A DNA stretch of 32,000 nt, from positions 2,430,001 to 2,462,000 of the forward strand of contig NC_006512.1 of the NCBI RefSeq assembly GCF_000008465.1, read 5' to 3'. Below, piece by piece: positions 11,623-24,226 of this stretch. The notes under the pieces are model-generated. The model worked only from the letters and a program-made list of their open reading frames with translations, was not told where the DNA came from and searched no databases. Source of the DNA: Idiomarina loihiensis L2TR. GTDB taxonomy: Bacteria; Pseudomonadota; Gammaproteobacteria; Enterobacterales; Alteromonadaceae. The number at the start of each line of letters is the position of its first letter. The first letter of the stretch is position 1. Position numbers and translations under genes: made by a program.

Positions 11623-12669
11623 GTGCCTGAGCCAGCGTATCCTATCTCTATAAATGATCGTCCTGACTGGCAGTTTGAGCTGAAACAAGCCTATACCCAG
11701 CCAGAAGAACTGCTACGCGCACTCAAACTCGATCCCGCATTATTTAGTGAGGATATCAAAGCCCGTAAGCTCTTTGCTATGCGCGTGCCAAAGCCTTTTG
11801 TTGCGCAAATGCAAGTCGGAGACTCTAACGATCCATTATTACGTCAGGTGCTCCCTTTGCACAACGAGTTTGAGTCGGAGCCCGGTTACAGCACCGACCC
11901 TCTGCAAGAACAGCAAGGCCCCGTAAATGGTCTTCTGCACAAGTATAAAAGCCGAGTATTGTTGATACTGCAAGGCGGTTGCGCAGTCAATTGCCGTTAT
12001 TGCTTTCGGCGTCACTTTCCTTACGACGAATTAACTTTCAGCAAACGCCAACTAACGGAGACACTGGAGTACATCCGACAACACCCGGAAATTAATGAGG
12101 TGATTCTGAGCGGCGGCGACCCTCTAATGGCAAAGGACGAGCGGCTTAAAGGGTTGATTAACGAATTTGAATTATTGCCCCAACTCACCCGTTTACGTAT
12201 TCATAGCCGGTTGCCAGTCGTGATACCCTCCCGCCTGACGCATAAGCTTAAAGAAGTGCTCAGCAACAGTCGTTTGCAAAGCGTCTTAGTGCTTCATGCG
12301 AATCATGCAAATGAGATTTCTCCTGAGTTAGCCGGGGCACTCGATGACTGGCACCACGCGGGTATCCATTTACTGAACCAGAGCGTCTTGCTCAGCGGAG
12401 TAAATGATAATTTAACCGCGCTTATTGAGCTTAGTGAAAAGTTATTTAGTGCCCGGGTTATGCCCTACTATTTGCACCAGCTGGACAAAGTTGAAGGCGC
12501 CAGCCATTTCGCGGTTAGTGACGAGAAGGCGCAAGCCTTGTGGCAAAAAATGACTCATGAATTACCTGGGTTTCTGGTTCCTCGCCTGGTCAGAGAGGAA
12601 GCTGGTGAACTCAGTAAAACCGCTATCATGCCGGACGGCACTAATACATTAACAGAGGAAAAACTATGA
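11623..12669 (+). CDS. epmB: EF-P beta-lysylation protein, lysine 2,3-aminomutase family (radical SAM)
   Basis: 348 aa with the CAVNCRYCFRR radical-SAM cluster motif. It is divergent from efp, as in E. coli yjeK. GTG start preceded by GGAGG. Confidence 0.9.
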   Translation: MPEPAYPISINDRPDWQFELKQAYTQPEELLRALKLDPALFSEDIKARKLFAMRVPKPFVAQMQVGDSNDPLLRQVLPLHNEFESEPGYSTDPLQEQQGPVNGLLHKYKSRVLLILQGGCAVNCRYCFRRHFPYDELTFSKRQLTETLEYIRQHPEINEVILSGGDPLMAKDERLKGLINEFELLPQLTRLRIHSRLPVVIPSRLTHKLKEVLSNSRLQSVLVLHANHANEISPELAGALDDWHHAGIHLLNQSVLLSGVNDNLTALIELSEKLFSARVMPYYLHQLDKVEGASHFAVSDEKAQALWQKMTHELPGFLVPRLVREEAGELSKTAIMPDGTNTLTEEKL

Positions 12670-12986
12670 GCGATAACCTGGAAAGTGTAGAAAGCAAACT
12701 GCAGGATCATCTTCAGCAACTGTATCGTCAAGTTATTGATGCAGACCAGTACCTTGACGATCTGCGTCAACAAGGCAAAGCCAAGTTCCAGGGCGTTTTC
12801 GCCGAGCAAACGGTATTTGAAAGCACAGGCAACCGTTTTCAGCCCTACCTTAATGAAATTGCTGCCAACTTTGAAAAATGGCAGCAGGACAAAGAAAACG
12901 AGCAGCAGTTGCAGTTACTGGTACAACAATTACAGTTGATGACTGAAACTCTCGCTCGTCTTAAAGCTATTCGTCAGGCTGGTTAA
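12666..12986 (+). CDS. Hypothetical coiled-coil protein (possibly PriC-like), translationally coupled to epmB
   Basis: 106 aa with an ATGA stop/start overlap with epmB. It is Gln/Leu-rich and helical. The weak resemblance of GVFAEQTVFESTGNRFQPYLNEIAANF to the N-terminal part of primosomal PriC proteins is from memory only. Confidence 0.5.
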   Translation: MSDNLESVESKLQDHLQQLYRQVIDADQYLDDLRQQGKAKFQGVFAEQTVFESTGNRFQPYLNEIAANFEKWQQDKENEQQLQLLVQQLQLMTETLARLKAIRQAG

Positions 12987-13473
12987 CAAAGGTTTCTTCG
13001 AACCACTGAGTCAGCATCTGCTTTTCAAAATATAAGTCATCCCGTCTCATCCTTGATGCCAGGCTGTCGTAATTAAACCCCATATTTTTTACGTGAGCCT
13101 GGCCTTCCTTTACAGCTTCTCCTGAGTTACTCATTAAACGATAATCAAATTCCATTCTAGGGAAGTCAATTTCCCGAACAATGCGCACGTAATTTGAACT
13201 CGAGCGTCCAAATGTCGGTTCAACCCGGCCGGTTAAATCAACGTCTGTTACGGTAATTTCCAGCTTCTGATCTTCAGGAAGCTTTGCCGCCAACTCCTGA
13301 AAATGCTCAGTCAGCTTATCCATCACCTTTTTCTGGTACCGATCACGTAAGCCATCGGCCGGTCGAATATCTGTGTAACTATCAACATCTTTCCAGGAAA
13401 CTTCAGCCGTACCAGCATATGCTGTAAAGCTACAGGCTAATAACGCCGCTCCCACTATACCTTGAACACGCAT
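12967..13473 (-). CDS. DUF3016-family secreted protein
   Basis: 168 aa from MRVQGIVGAALLACSFTAYA|GTAE (signal peptide). GGGAGGAAG RBS. The VSWKDVDSYTDIRP...VTDVDLTGR pattern is typical of DUF3016. The start is trimmed from the track ORF. Confidence 0.65.
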   Translation of the reverse strand: MRVQGIVGAALLACSFTAYAGTAEVSWKDVDSYTDIRPADGLRDRYQKKVMDKLTEHFQELAAKLPEDQKLEITVTDVDLTGRVEPTFGRSSSNYVRIVREIDFPRMEFDYRLMSNSGEAVKEGQAHVKNMGFNYDSLASRMRRDDLYFEKQMLTQWFEETFVNQPDE

Positions 13474-13546
13474 GCTATCTTCCTCCCATACAATCGCCAA
13501 GGGTGTCATCTCTAGGTTAGAACACAAATAATGAAAAAAATTCCAT

Positions 13547-13574
13547 AAAAAAAGGGGAGCCATCAAGGCTCCCC
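13547..13574 (-). terminator. Rho-independent terminator after groEL
   Basis: The minus strand reads GGGGAGCC-TTGAT-GGCTCCCC followed by TTTTTTT. Confidence 0.75.
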
Positions 13575-13597
13575 TTTTCAAAAGTGCGTTGGGAGGC

Positions 13598-15280
<1,683 letters not shown>

Positions 15281-15301
15281 CTAGTAAGCGTTTCTGACGT
15301 C

Positions 15302-15592
15302 TTATTCTTCAACAGCCAGAATGTCGCTTTCGCTCATGATTAAGTACTCTTCACCGTCAATTTTCTCGGTTTTAACACCGTAGCCTTCATTGAACAGCAC
15401 TTTGTCACCAGCTTTTACGTCTAGTGCACGTACCTCACCGTTATCCAGAATGCGGCCTTTGCCTACTGCTACGATTTCACCGCGAGTAGATTTTTCTGCC
15501 GCAGAACCAGTCAGAACAATGCCGCCAGCCGATTTCGCTTCGACTTCGGTGCGCTTAATAATGACTCGATCGTGTAAAGGACGAAGTTTCAT
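15302..15592 (-). CDS. groS: Co-chaperonin GroES (Hsp10)
   Basis: 96 aa: [44 protein letters not shown]... Confidence 0.98.
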   Translation of the reverse strand: MKLRPLHDRVIIKRTEVEAKSAGGIVLTGSAAEKSTRGEIVAVGKGRILDNGEVRALDVKAGDKVLFNEGYGVKTEKIDGEEYLIMSESDILAVEE

Positions 15593-15666
15593 TGTTGATA
15601 ACTCCTCAACCTATTGTTGTTAGTGGTTAATACCCCTAAGGGGCGGATAAAAATGTGTGTGCACAT

Positions 15667-15699
15667 TAAATGGGGGAGGAATTTTTGTTATCAAGGGGG
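15667..15699 (-). promoter_or_regulatory. sigma32 heat-shock promoter of groES-groEL
   Basis: The minus strand reads CCCCCTTGATA-N12-CCCCATTTA, a close fit to the sigma32 consensus CCCTTGAA-N13-17-CCCCATNTA. It lies about 70 nt upstream of groES. Confidence 0.7.
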
Positions 15700-15756
15700 A
15701 AGCTCAAAAATTTTTATGCTAATTTGCAAAACTGACAGGCGCTATAGGGAGGTTCT

Positions 15757-16077
15757 ATGACTCAGCAACCACAATTAATTTTATGCACCACAGACAGTTC
15801 TGACTCGGCTAAACAGCTGGCGCGTTCTCTACTCGAAAAAAAGCTAGTGGCCTGCGTCAACATAGTGCCTAATATGACCTCTATTTACTCCTGGCAGGGC
15901 GAATTGCATGAAGACCAGGAGTGGCTTTTACTGATAAAATCGACTGCGGAACGTTTCAGTGACATAAAAAGTACCATCAGTGCTATTCACCCTTACGATT
16001 CTCCAGAATTAATAAGCATCAATATTGAAGATGGTTTACCCGATTATCTGACGTGGATACAGGACTCAGTTAAATGA
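15757..16077 (+). CDS. cutA: Divalent-cation tolerance protein CutA
   Basis: 106 aa with the CutA1 pattern ([21 protein letters not shown]...HPYDSPELI). It overlaps dsbD by 4 nt, as in the E. coli cutA-dipZ operon. Confidence 0.9.
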
Positions 16078-17780
16078 TACAAAGATTCATCACATGTCTC
16101 GCAGCCTTAACTCTGGTTTTTGCCGTCGTTGCGCCAGCACATAGTGTGCAGTCGAATCCATTCCAGCAGGACAATCAGTTTTTATCGGTAGATCAGGCTT
16201 TTGATTTCGACAGCGAAGTTAATGACAGCAAAGTGACGGTCAGTTGGGTTGTCGCTCCCGAGTACTATTTGTATCAACACCGCTTTAAGGTGGTTCCCGA
16301 AAATGCATTAGCAGCAGAACCCGAACTCCCGCAAGGCGAGTCTCATAACGATGAGTTTTTTGGCGAGTCAATTGTATACCGCAACTACGTTGAGTGGTCT
16401 TTTACACTTAACCCGGAGTTTTCCGGCGACACCATTACCGTTCAGTATCAGGGCTGCGCAGATGCGGGGTTATGTTACCCGCCCACTGAAAAGCAGATTA
16501 AACTCTCCAGTACTAGTGAAACCGCCCCCGCCACCGCACCGCCAAACACCGACAGCAGCCTGTTCGGTATAGGTGAACAACATTTAATCATTACATTGTT
16601 ACTCTTTTTTGCTTTGGGTATTGGCTTAGCTTTTACCCCCTGCGTGTTTCCTATGTACCCCATTTTATCCGGCGTTGTGCTGGGCAACCGTGAACGTAAC
16701 TGGAAAAACACACTTTGGCTTTCCTTTATATACGTTCAGGGTATGGCCATTACCTATTCTCTATTAGGCCTGGTTGTGGCATCAGCGGGTATGCAGTATC
16801 AGGCTTACTTTCAGCATCCGGTGGTGTTAATTGTTCTTGCAGTATTGTTCGCGCTTTTTGCTTTGAGTATGTTCGGAGCTTATACGCTGCAGCTTCCTAT
16901 TAGCTGGCAGTCAAAACTGCAAAGCTTTAGCGGCCAGCAAAGCGGAGGCAATATCGTTGGCGTCTTTATTATCGGCGCTATTTCCGGCCTGGTAGCATCA
17001 CCCTGTACCACAGCCCCCTTGTCAGGGGCGTTACTCTTTATTGCGCAATCGGGCGATATGGTAAGCGGCGTCGCTATTCTTTACGCATTAAGCCTGGGTA
17101 TGGGCGTGCCGCTTATTCTATTCGGCTTAAGTGGCGGCAAGCTTCTGCCCAAAGCCGGCGCGTGGATGAACGTGGTTAAGCAGTTCTTCGGTTGGCTGTT
17201 ATTGGCAGTTACCTTATTCTTAATTGAGCGCCTTATTCCGACCAGTATTAGCATGTGGCTGTGGATTTTTTACTTTATTCTCGCCGCCGTATCTCTGGCT
17301 GTTTCGATAAGCCAGCCGCTTCGGATCACCACGAAAGTTATCACTATTGTACTCTTAGCAGCGGCGGCTACTACAGGCAGTTACTGGCAGGTTAATAAAG
17401 CGCAACTGGAACAAAAAAGTCACGGCCTTTTTACTGTTGTTAGTAATGTCAGCGACATACAACAACAAGTAGCAGAAAGTGACCGATGGGTAATGCTAGA
17501 CCTTTATGCGGACTGGTGCGTGGCCTGCAAGGAATTCGAGCAGTACACCTTTTCAGATGAGCAGGTTCAGGCGCAGTTTCAGGAGTTTAAACTCATTCAG
17601 GCCGATGTTACCCGCAATAACGCGCAAGACGTTGAGATTCTGAGTCGCTACAAGGTGCTGGGGCTACCCACCATTCTGTTCTTTGACCCTGAAGGCAACG
17701 AACGCCCTGAATACCGGGTTACCGGTTATATGAACGCTGAGGATTTCAAAAAGCATCTGGAAAAGATAGTTTCCGAGTAA
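16074..17780 (+). CDS. dsbD: Thiol:disulfide interchange protein DsbD (DipZ)
   Basis: 568 aa: signal peptide, an N-terminal periplasmic domain ([12 protein letters not shown]), a multi-helix membrane core with a conserved Cys, and a C-terminal thioredoxin domain with WCVAC. Confidence 0.9.
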
Positions 17781-17924
17781 ACTTGTGCCTAAATGCGCTG
17801 ATAAGACCAGTAAAGTGCTGCAATCTTGCTTTTTTTCCCTATAATACTGTTGTTATAGGAACCCAAACTGAAAGTTGTGGTCACTTTTAATAGTTTCCGT
17901 AACTTCACAGCAAATGGCGGCACA

Positions 17925-18383
17925 ATGGCAGAACGTTTTAAAATATTAGTGCTCAATGGCCCGAATCTAAATTTACTGGGGCAGCGTGAACCAGAGCTTT
18001 ATGGTAAGCAAAGCCTGGATGATATCGCTGATTCGCTGGGAGCCATTGCTAAACAACACGCAACAGCACTAGATTTCCGTCAGTCCAATGCTGAACACCA
18101 GTTAATTGACTGGATCCAGCAAGCCGCCAAAGACTCCGTAGATTATATTGTGATTAATCCGGCAGCCTACGCACACACCAGCGTGGCATTACGCGATGCG
18201 TTATTGGCTGTGAAAATCCCTTTTATTGAAGTGCACCTTTCCAATATTTATCGCCGTGAGAGCTTCCGCCACCATTCTTATTTGGCAGACGTGGCTGACG
18301 GTGTTATCTGCGGGCTTGGCGCCCGTGGTTATGAATACGCATTACAAGCAGCTTTAACTACATTGAACAATACAGATAACTAA
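17925..18383 (+). CDS. aroQ: Type II 3-dehydroquinate dehydratase
   Basis: 152 aa from [27 protein letters not shown], and contains [16 protein letters not shown]. The start is trimmed from the track ORF to the conserved N-terminus. Confidence 0.9.
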   Translation: MAERFKILVLNGPNLNLLGQREPELYGKQSLDDIADSLGAIAKQHATALDFRQSNAEHQLIDWIQQAAKDSVDYIVINPAAYAHTSVALRDALLAVKIPFIEVHLSNIYRRESFRHHSYLADVADGVICGLGARGYEYALQAALTTLNNTDN

Positions 18384-18397
18384 AGGTAGACGTTAGC

Positions 18398-18853
18398 ATG
18401 GATATCCGAAAAATTAAGAAACTGATCGAGCTCGTTGAAGAATCTGGCGTAGCAGAACTGGAAATTACCGAGGGCGAAGAGTCAGTTCGGATTAATCGTT
18501 ACAGTGCGCAGCCTGCACCGATGCAATACGCGCCACAACCGCAACACGCCCCTCAGCAAGCGCCACAATCAGCTCCGGCAAGCCAGCCAGCGGCTGAACC
18601 AGCCAGTGAAGAAATTAGCGGCCACGTTGTTCGCTCTCCTATGGTTGGAACCTTCTACGAAGCTCCATCTCCTGATGCAAAGCCTTTCGTTACTGTTGGC
18701 TCTCGCGTTAATGCCGGCGAAACACTGTGCATTATTGAAGCAATGAAAATGATGAACCAGATTGAAGCAGACAAATCCGGTGTCGTTAAACAGATTTTAG
18801 TAGATAACGAAGAGCCGGTTGAATTTGATCAGCCACTGTTTATCATCGAATAA
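18398..18853 (+). CDS. accB: Acetyl-CoA carboxylase biotin carboxyl carrier protein
   Basis: 151 aa with a Pro/Ala/Gln linker and the biotinylation motif EAMKMMN. Confidence 0.95.
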   Translation: MDIRKIKKLIELVEESGVAELEITEGEESVRINRYSAQPAPMQYAPQPQHAPQQAPQSAPASQPAAEPASEEISGHVVRSPMVGTFYEAPSPDAKPFVTVGSRVNAGETLCIIEAMKMMNQIEADKSGVVKQILVDNEEPVEFDQPLFIIE

Positions 18854-18873
18854 AGTAACCGCAGGTATTTGTC

Positions 18874-20223
18874 ATGTTAGATAAAGTGGTCATTGCCAAC
18901 CGTGGCGAAATTGCACTGCGCATACTGCGAGCCTGTAAAGAGCTCGGCATTAAAACAGTGGCAGTTCATTCAACGGTTGATAGAAACCTTAAACACGTTT
19001 TACTTGCAGACGAAGCAATTTGCATAGGTAAAGCGCCAGCGAACGAGAGCTACCTGAACATTCCCCGTATTATCAGCGCCGCTGAAATTACGGATGCAGC
19101 AGCTATTCACCCGGGTTACGGCTTTCTGGCCGAAAACGCCGATTTTGCTGAACAAGTTGAACAATCTGGCTTCATTTTTGTTGGACCAACGCCGGATCTT
19201 ATCCGTCTTATGGGCGACAAAGTATCAGCCATTAAGGCAATGAAGAAAACCGGCGTTCCTTGCGTTCCGGGGTCGGATGGCCCTCTGGATGACGACGACG
19301 AACGTAATAAGAAGCTTGCTAAGCGCATTGGTTACCCCATTATTATTAAAGCAGCAGGCGGCGGCGGTGGTCGTGGTATGCGGGTTGTACGCGAGGAGAG
19401 CGAATTGCTCAGCTCTATCACTATGACTCAGAACGAAGCTCGCGCAGCCTTCGGTAACCCTGTTGTCTATATGGAAAAATTCCTTGAAAACCCTCGCCAT
19501 GTGGAAATTCAGGTTCTGGCCGATGGACAAGGCAATGCCATTCATTTAGGTGAACGTGACTGCTCGATGCAGCGTCGTCACCAGAAAGTGGTTGAAGAGG
19601 CACCTGCGCCGGGTATCACCCCTGAAATGCGTAAATTTATTGGTGAGCGTTGTGCCAAAGCTTGTGTAGAGCTTGGCTACCGTGGCGCTGGTACATTTGA
19701 ATTCTTGTACGAAAATGGTGAATTCTATTTCATTGAAATGAACACCCGTATTCAGGTTGAGCATCCGGTTACCGAGATGGTCACAGGTATCGACTTGATT
19801 AAAGAGCAGTTGCGCATTGCAGCCGGTCGTCAGCTTTCGGTCAGCCAGGAAGATGTTGTCATTCGTGGTCATGCCATTGAATGTCGGATTAACGCCGAAG
19901 ACCCTGAAACCTTTACACCGTCACCGGGCACTATCACCCGTTTCCACTCTCCGGGTGGCTTTGGTGTGCGTTGGGACTCACACGTTTACGCGGATTACAA
20001 AGTTCCGCCGAACTATGACTCGATGATAGGCAAGCTGATTACTTACGGCGAAAACCGTGATATTGCTATTGCCCGTATGCGTAATGCTTTAAATGAATTG
20101 ATCATCGAAGACATTAAAACCAATATTCCTCTGCAAAAATCAATTATGGCAGATGAAAACTTCCAGCACGGTGGTACCAACATTCACTACCTTGAGAAAA
20201 AACTTGGTATAGGCGGGCATTAA
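18874..20223 (+). CDS. accC: Acetyl-CoA carboxylase biotin carboxylase subunit
   Basis: 449 aa: [33 protein letters not shown]..., with the ATP-grasp [10 protein letters not shown] motif. Confidence 0.97.
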   Translation: MLDKVVIANRGEIALRILRACKELGIKTVAVHSTVDRNLKHVLLADEAICIGKAPANESYLNIPRIISAAEITDAAAIHPGYGFLAENADFAEQVEQSGFIFVGPTPDLIRLMGDKVSAIKAMKKTGVPCVPGSDGPLDDDDERNKKLAKRIGYPIIIKAAGGGGGRGMRVVREESELLSSITMTQNEARAAFGNPVVYMEKFLENPRHVEIQVLADGQGNAIHLGERDCSMQRRHQKVVEEAPAPGITPEMRKFIGERCAKACVELGYRGAGTFEFLYENGEFYFIEMNTRIQVEHPVTEMVTGIDLIKEQLRIAAGRQLSVSQEDVVIRGHAIECRINAEDPETFTPSPGTITRFHSPGGFGVRWDSHVYADYKVPPNYDSMIGKLITYGENRDIAIARMRNALNELIIEDIKTNIPLQKSIMADENFQHGGTNIHYLEKKLGIGGH

Positions 20224-20226
20224 TTA

Positions 20227-21108
20227 ATGCCCTGGATACAACTCACCCTTTCCTGTAGTGAAGAGCATGCGCCCCAAGTGGGTGACATGCTCATGGCTAA
20301 CGGCGCTCAGGCGGTAACTTACCGAGACGGCGCCGACACGCCCATTTTTGAACCCCGCCCCGGCGACGTTATATTGTGGGAACACACTCTAGCCACGGGC
20401 TTATTTGACGCCGACGCGGACATCAAAGCCATTATTGCCAACCTGAAACAGTCCAACATTTTCGGCAGCGATTTGCAGTACAAAGTCGATGCACTGGAAG
20501 ACAAAGACTGGGAACGCGAATGGATGGATAACTTCCACCCTATTCAGTTTGGCGAGAATTTATGGATTTGCCCCAGCTGGCGGGAGATACCAAAACCTGA
20601 AGCCGTTAATATTTTGCTCGACCCTGGCATGGCTTTTGGTACCGGAACACACCCAACAACCGCTATGTGTCTGCGCTGGATAGACGCCAACCCACCAACC
20701 GGCAAAACCGTGGTGGATTTCGGTTGTGGCTCAGGGATATTAGGCATTGCCGCATTACTATTTAAAGCAGAACACGTAGTTGGCATTGATATTGACCAAC
20801 AGGCGCTGATTGCGACCAAAGATAACGCTGAGCGCAATAAGGTGGGCGATAAATTTAGCCTTTATCTACCCAGCCAACAACCTGAAACCCAGGTGGACTT
20901 GGTACTTGCCAATGTCCTCGCCGGCCCTTTACGAGAGCTAGCCGATACCATACTCGGCTTCGTTTCCCCCGGCGGACAACTGGTTTTATCCGGTATACTG
21001 GAACGGCAAATAGAAGGGGTTATTGAGGCTTACCAACCGCACATAAAATTCGATACCCCGACTATAGACGGCGACTGGGCAATGCTCAGCGGTACCCGCG
21101 TTGGTTAA
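20227..21108 (+). CDS. prmA: Ribosomal protein L11 methyltransferase
   Basis: 293 aa: MPWIQLTL..., LDPGMAFGTGTHPTT, and SAM motif VVDFGCGSGILGIAA. Confidence 0.93.
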   Translation: MPWIQLTLSCSEEHAPQVGDMLMANGAQAVTYRDGADTPIFEPRPGDVILWEHTLATGLFDADADIKAIIANLKQSNIFGSDLQYKVDALEDKDWEREWMDNFHPIQFGENLWICPSWREIPKPEAVNILLDPGMAFGTGTHPTTAMCLRWIDANPPTGKTVVDFGCGSGILGIAALLFKAEHVVGIDIDQQALIATKDNAERNKVGDKFSLYLPSQQPETQVDLVLANVLAGPLRELADTILGFVSPGGQLVLSGILERQIEGVIEAYQPHIKFDTPTIDGDWAMLSGTRVG

Positions 21109-21232
21109 CAAGCGTACGCTTTGTCAATAGTAAAAAATGAAAAAAAGACTCAAATTGCGTAATAAATAGCCTTTTCTTTATTGCGCAAATTCCCTAAAAT
21201 TCCTCACCCTTTCGCTGAGTAGTTTTTAACCG

Positions 21233-22204
21233 ATGCGGATTGGTCCATATCAACTCGACAATCAGGTCATATTAGCTCCCATGGCTGGAGTTACTGATCA
21301 GCCGTTCCGTCAGCTGTGTTACAGCACGGGGGCCGGGCTTACAGTATCAGAGATGCTGTCCAGTAACCCTAAGGTATGGCAGACCGATAAATCCAGGCAA
21401 CGCATGGATCATTCGGGAGAGCTGGGCATTCGTGCTGTGCAGATAGCGGGCTCGGAACCGGCATTAATGGCCGAAGCAGCGCGCGTGAATGTGAGTATGG
21501 GTGCGCAGATTATTGACATAAATATGGGCTGCCCGGCGAAAAAGGTAAATAAGAAGATGGCTGGCTCGGCGCTCATGCAGCATCCCGGGTTAGTAGAAGA
21601 GATATTAACAGCTGTGGTTGCAGCTGTTGAGGTTCCGGTAACACTGAAAACCAGAACCGGTTGGGATCCTGAACACAGAAACGGTATTGATATAGCGCAG
21701 CTGGCAGAACGTTGCGGTATTCAGTCTCTTGCCATTCATGGTCGTACTCGTGCCTGCATGTACAAAGGCATTGCCGAATACGACACCATTAAGGCAATTA
21801 AGAAGGCTGTTTCTATCCCAGTAGTGGCTAACGGCGATATCCGTACACCACTGCAGGCTCAACAGGTTTTAGAGTACACCGGAGCCGACGCCATTATGAT
21901 TGGTCGCGGCGCGCAGGGTAACCCCTGGCTGTTTAGAGAAATTGCTCATTTTCTTGAAACAGGACAGGAGCTAAGCCCGCCGTCCTTAACCGAAGTGGCT
22001 GAGACCGTTATTCATCACGTTGGCAAACTGCACGAATTTTACGGCAGTTACCAGGGTGTCAGAATCGCCCGAAAACACGTTGGTTGGTATTTAAAAGAAC
22101 AAGCCAGCAATGATGAATTCAGGCAAACATTTAATCGTCTTGAGGATGCCAGCGAGCAACTTAAGGCACTTGAAGATTATTTTGTCACTGTAGAGAAGAG
22201 ATAA
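21233..22204 (+). CDS. dusB: tRNA-dihydrouridine synthase B
   Basis: 323 aa: [23 protein letters not shown], and the dusB-fis gene order. Confidence 0.93.
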   Translation: MRIGPYQLDNQVILAPMAGVTDQPFRQLCYSTGAGLTVSEMLSSNPKVWQTDKSRQRMDHSGELGIRAVQIAGSEPALMAEAARVNVSMGAQIIDINMGCPAKKVNKKMAGSALMQHPGLVEEILTAVVAAVEVPVTLKTRTGWDPEHRNGIDIAQLAERCGIQSLAIHGRTRACMYKGIAEYDTIKAIKKAVSIPVVANGDIRTPLQAQQVLEYTGADAIMIGRGAQGNPWLFREIAHFLETGQELSPPSLTEVAETVIHHVGKLHEFYGSYQGVRIARKHVGWYLKEQASNDEFRQTFNRLEDASEQLKALEDYFVTVEKR

Positions 22205-22211
22205 GCGCATT

Positions 22212-22505
22212 ATGTTTGATCAAAACCCTAGTCGTGAGAACGTATCTCCCCTAACCACTATCGGCAATAACGCACAGCCAAAGCCATTGCGTGATTCCGT
22301 AAAACAAGCATTGAACAGTTTTCTGCGTCAGCTTGATGGTCAGGATCCTGAAGAACTTTACGAGTTGGTGCTATCTGAAGTAGAAGCACCGTTACTGGAA
22401 GAAGTCATGACTTACACCCGGGGTAATCAAACCCGCGCCGCAACCATGTTAGGCATTAACCGCGGCACCTTACGCAAGAAGCTGAAAAAATACGGCATGA
22501 ATTAA
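22212..22505 (+). CDS. fis: DNA-binding protein Fis
   Basis: 97 aa with C-terminal [27 protein letters not shown], essentially identical to the enterobacterial Fis HTH. Confidence 0.95.
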   Translation: MFDQNPSRENVSPLTTIGNNAQPKPLRDSVKQALNSFLRQLDGQDPEELYELVLSEVEAPLLEEVMTYTRGNQTRAATMLGINRGTLRKKLKKYGMN

Positions 22506-22515
22506 GAAGTTTTTT

Positions 22516-22541
22516 GGGCGCCTTTTGGCGCCCTTTTTTTA
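22516..22541 (+). terminator. Rho-independent terminator after fis
   Basis: GGGCGCC-TTTT-GGCGCCC followed by TTTTTTT. Confidence 0.8.
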
Positions 22542-22583
22542 TTAACCTCCCCGTAAGTTAACTCAGTATAGAAAGGCAAAACA

Positions 22584-24140
22584 ATGGAAACCCGTCCAAT
22601 CCAACGCGCTTTAATCAGTGTTTCTGATAAAACCGGTATTGTTGAATTCGCTCAAGCTTTGGCTCAAAAGAACATTGAAATTCTCTCTACTGGCGGTACA
22701 GCTAAACTACTCCGTGACTCAGGCATTGCCGTTATTGATGTTTCTGAACATACCGGTCAGGAAGAGATTATGGGCGGGCGGGTAAAGACACTGCACCCTA
22801 AGGTTCATGGCGGTATTTTAGGTCGCCGCGATGTCGACCAGGGTGTTATGCAGGAGCAAAACATCGCGCCTATCGATATGGTTGTCGTGAACCTGTATCC
22901 CTTTGCTGAAACGGTTGCCAAAGAAGGTTGCTCTCTGGAAGACGCTATTGAGAATATTGATATTGGCGGTCCAACTATGGTTCGTGCAGCAGCGAAAAAC
23001 CACAAAGACGTGACTATTGTTGTGAATGCCAGTGACTACCAGCGCGTGCTCGCTGAGCTCAATGAGCAAAATGGGGTCAGCCACAGCACTCGCTTTGACT
23101 TAGCAGTAGCAGCATTTGAGCACACCGCTCAATATGATGGCATGATTGCAAATTACCTCGGCAAGCAGCTGAGCGAAAACGATTTTGCGCGCACGTTGAA
23201 CCTGCAGGTATCAAAAAAGCAGGACCTACGCTACGGCGAGAACTCACATCAGGCAGCGGCATTTTACGCAGAGCGCAATGCACCAAAAGGGACAGTTTCC
23301 AGCGCGACTCAAATTCAGGGCAAAGCGTTGTCCTTTAACAATATTGCCGATACAGACGCGGCACTTGAGTGCGTAAAAAGCTTTGTTGAACCAGCCTGCG
23401 TTATTGTTAAGCACGCAAACCCTTGCGGTGTTGCAATAGGTGAATCTATTTCCGACGCTTATGACCGCGCCTTTAAAACCGACCCAACTTCCGCATTTGG
23501 TGGCATTATTGCTTTTAACCGCGAGCTGGATGAAGCAACCGCAACCGCTATTGTTGAGCGTCAGTTTGTGGAAGTTATTATCGCTCCGAGCGTCAGTGAA
23601 AGCGCCAAGACAGCTGTTGCCGGCAAAAAGAACCTTCGCTTACTGGAATGCGGTGAATGGTCAGATACGGTTGAACAGCTGGATTATAAGCGCGTCAACG
23701 GTGGCTTATTAGTACAGGACACGGATAACCAGGACTTCATTCAGGATGACCTGAAAGTGGTTACAGAAAAACAGCCAACAGATGCGCAAATGACCGACTT
23801 ATTGTTTTGCTGGAAAGTGGCTAAGTTTGTTAAGTCTAATGCCATTGTTTATGCCAAAGACGGTATGACCGTCGGTGTTGGTGCAGGCCAGATGAGCCGG
23901 GTTTATAGTGCCAAAATCGCTGGTATTAAAGCCGCTGATGAAAACCTCAGCGTACCAGGTTCGGTCATGGCGTCGGATGCTTTCTTCCCGTTCCGCGATG
24001 GTATAGATGCAGCAGCTGAAGCAGGCATCACCGCTATTATTCAGCCAGGCGGTTCCATTCGCGATGAAGAAATCATTGCTGCCGCCAATGAACACGGTAT
24101 CGCGATGGTCTTTACCGGCATGAGACATTTCCGTCACTAA
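22584..24140 (+). CDS. purH: Bifunctional AICAR transformylase / IMP cyclohydrolase
   Basis: 518 aa: [36 protein letters not shown]...[18 protein letters not shown], ending in FTGMRHFRH. Confidence 0.95.
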   Translation: METRPIQRALISVSDKTGIVEFAQALAQKNIEILSTGGTAKLLRDSGIAVIDVSEHTGQEEIMGGRVKTLHPKVHGGILGRRDVDQGVMQEQNIAPIDMVVVNLYPFAETVAKEGCSLEDAIENIDIGGPTMVRAAAKNHKDVTIVVNASDYQRVLAELNEQNGVSHSTRFDLAVAAFEHTAQYDGMIANYLGKQLSENDFARTLNLQVSKKQDLRYGENSHQAAAFYAERNAPKGTVSSATQIQGKALSFNNIADTDAALECVKSFVEPACVIVKHANPCGVAIGESISDAYDRAFKTDPTSAFGGIIAFNRELDEATATAIVERQFVEVIIAPSVSESAKTAVAGKKNLRLLECGEWSDTVEQLDYKRVNGGLLVQDTDNQDFIQDDLKVVTEKQPTDAQMTDLLFCWKVAKFVKSNAIVYAKDGMTVGVGAGQMSRVYSAKIAGIKAADENLSVPGSVMASDAFFPFRDGIDAAAEAGITAIIQPGGSIRDEEIIAAANEHGIAMVFTGMRHFRH

Positions 24141-24226
24141 GCACCTCTGCTGATAAGTACAGCATTGCGTCAGTAACGTTTGGGGGCTAGTCTTATAGGC
24201 TAGTTCTCAACTCTACAGGTGATAGT

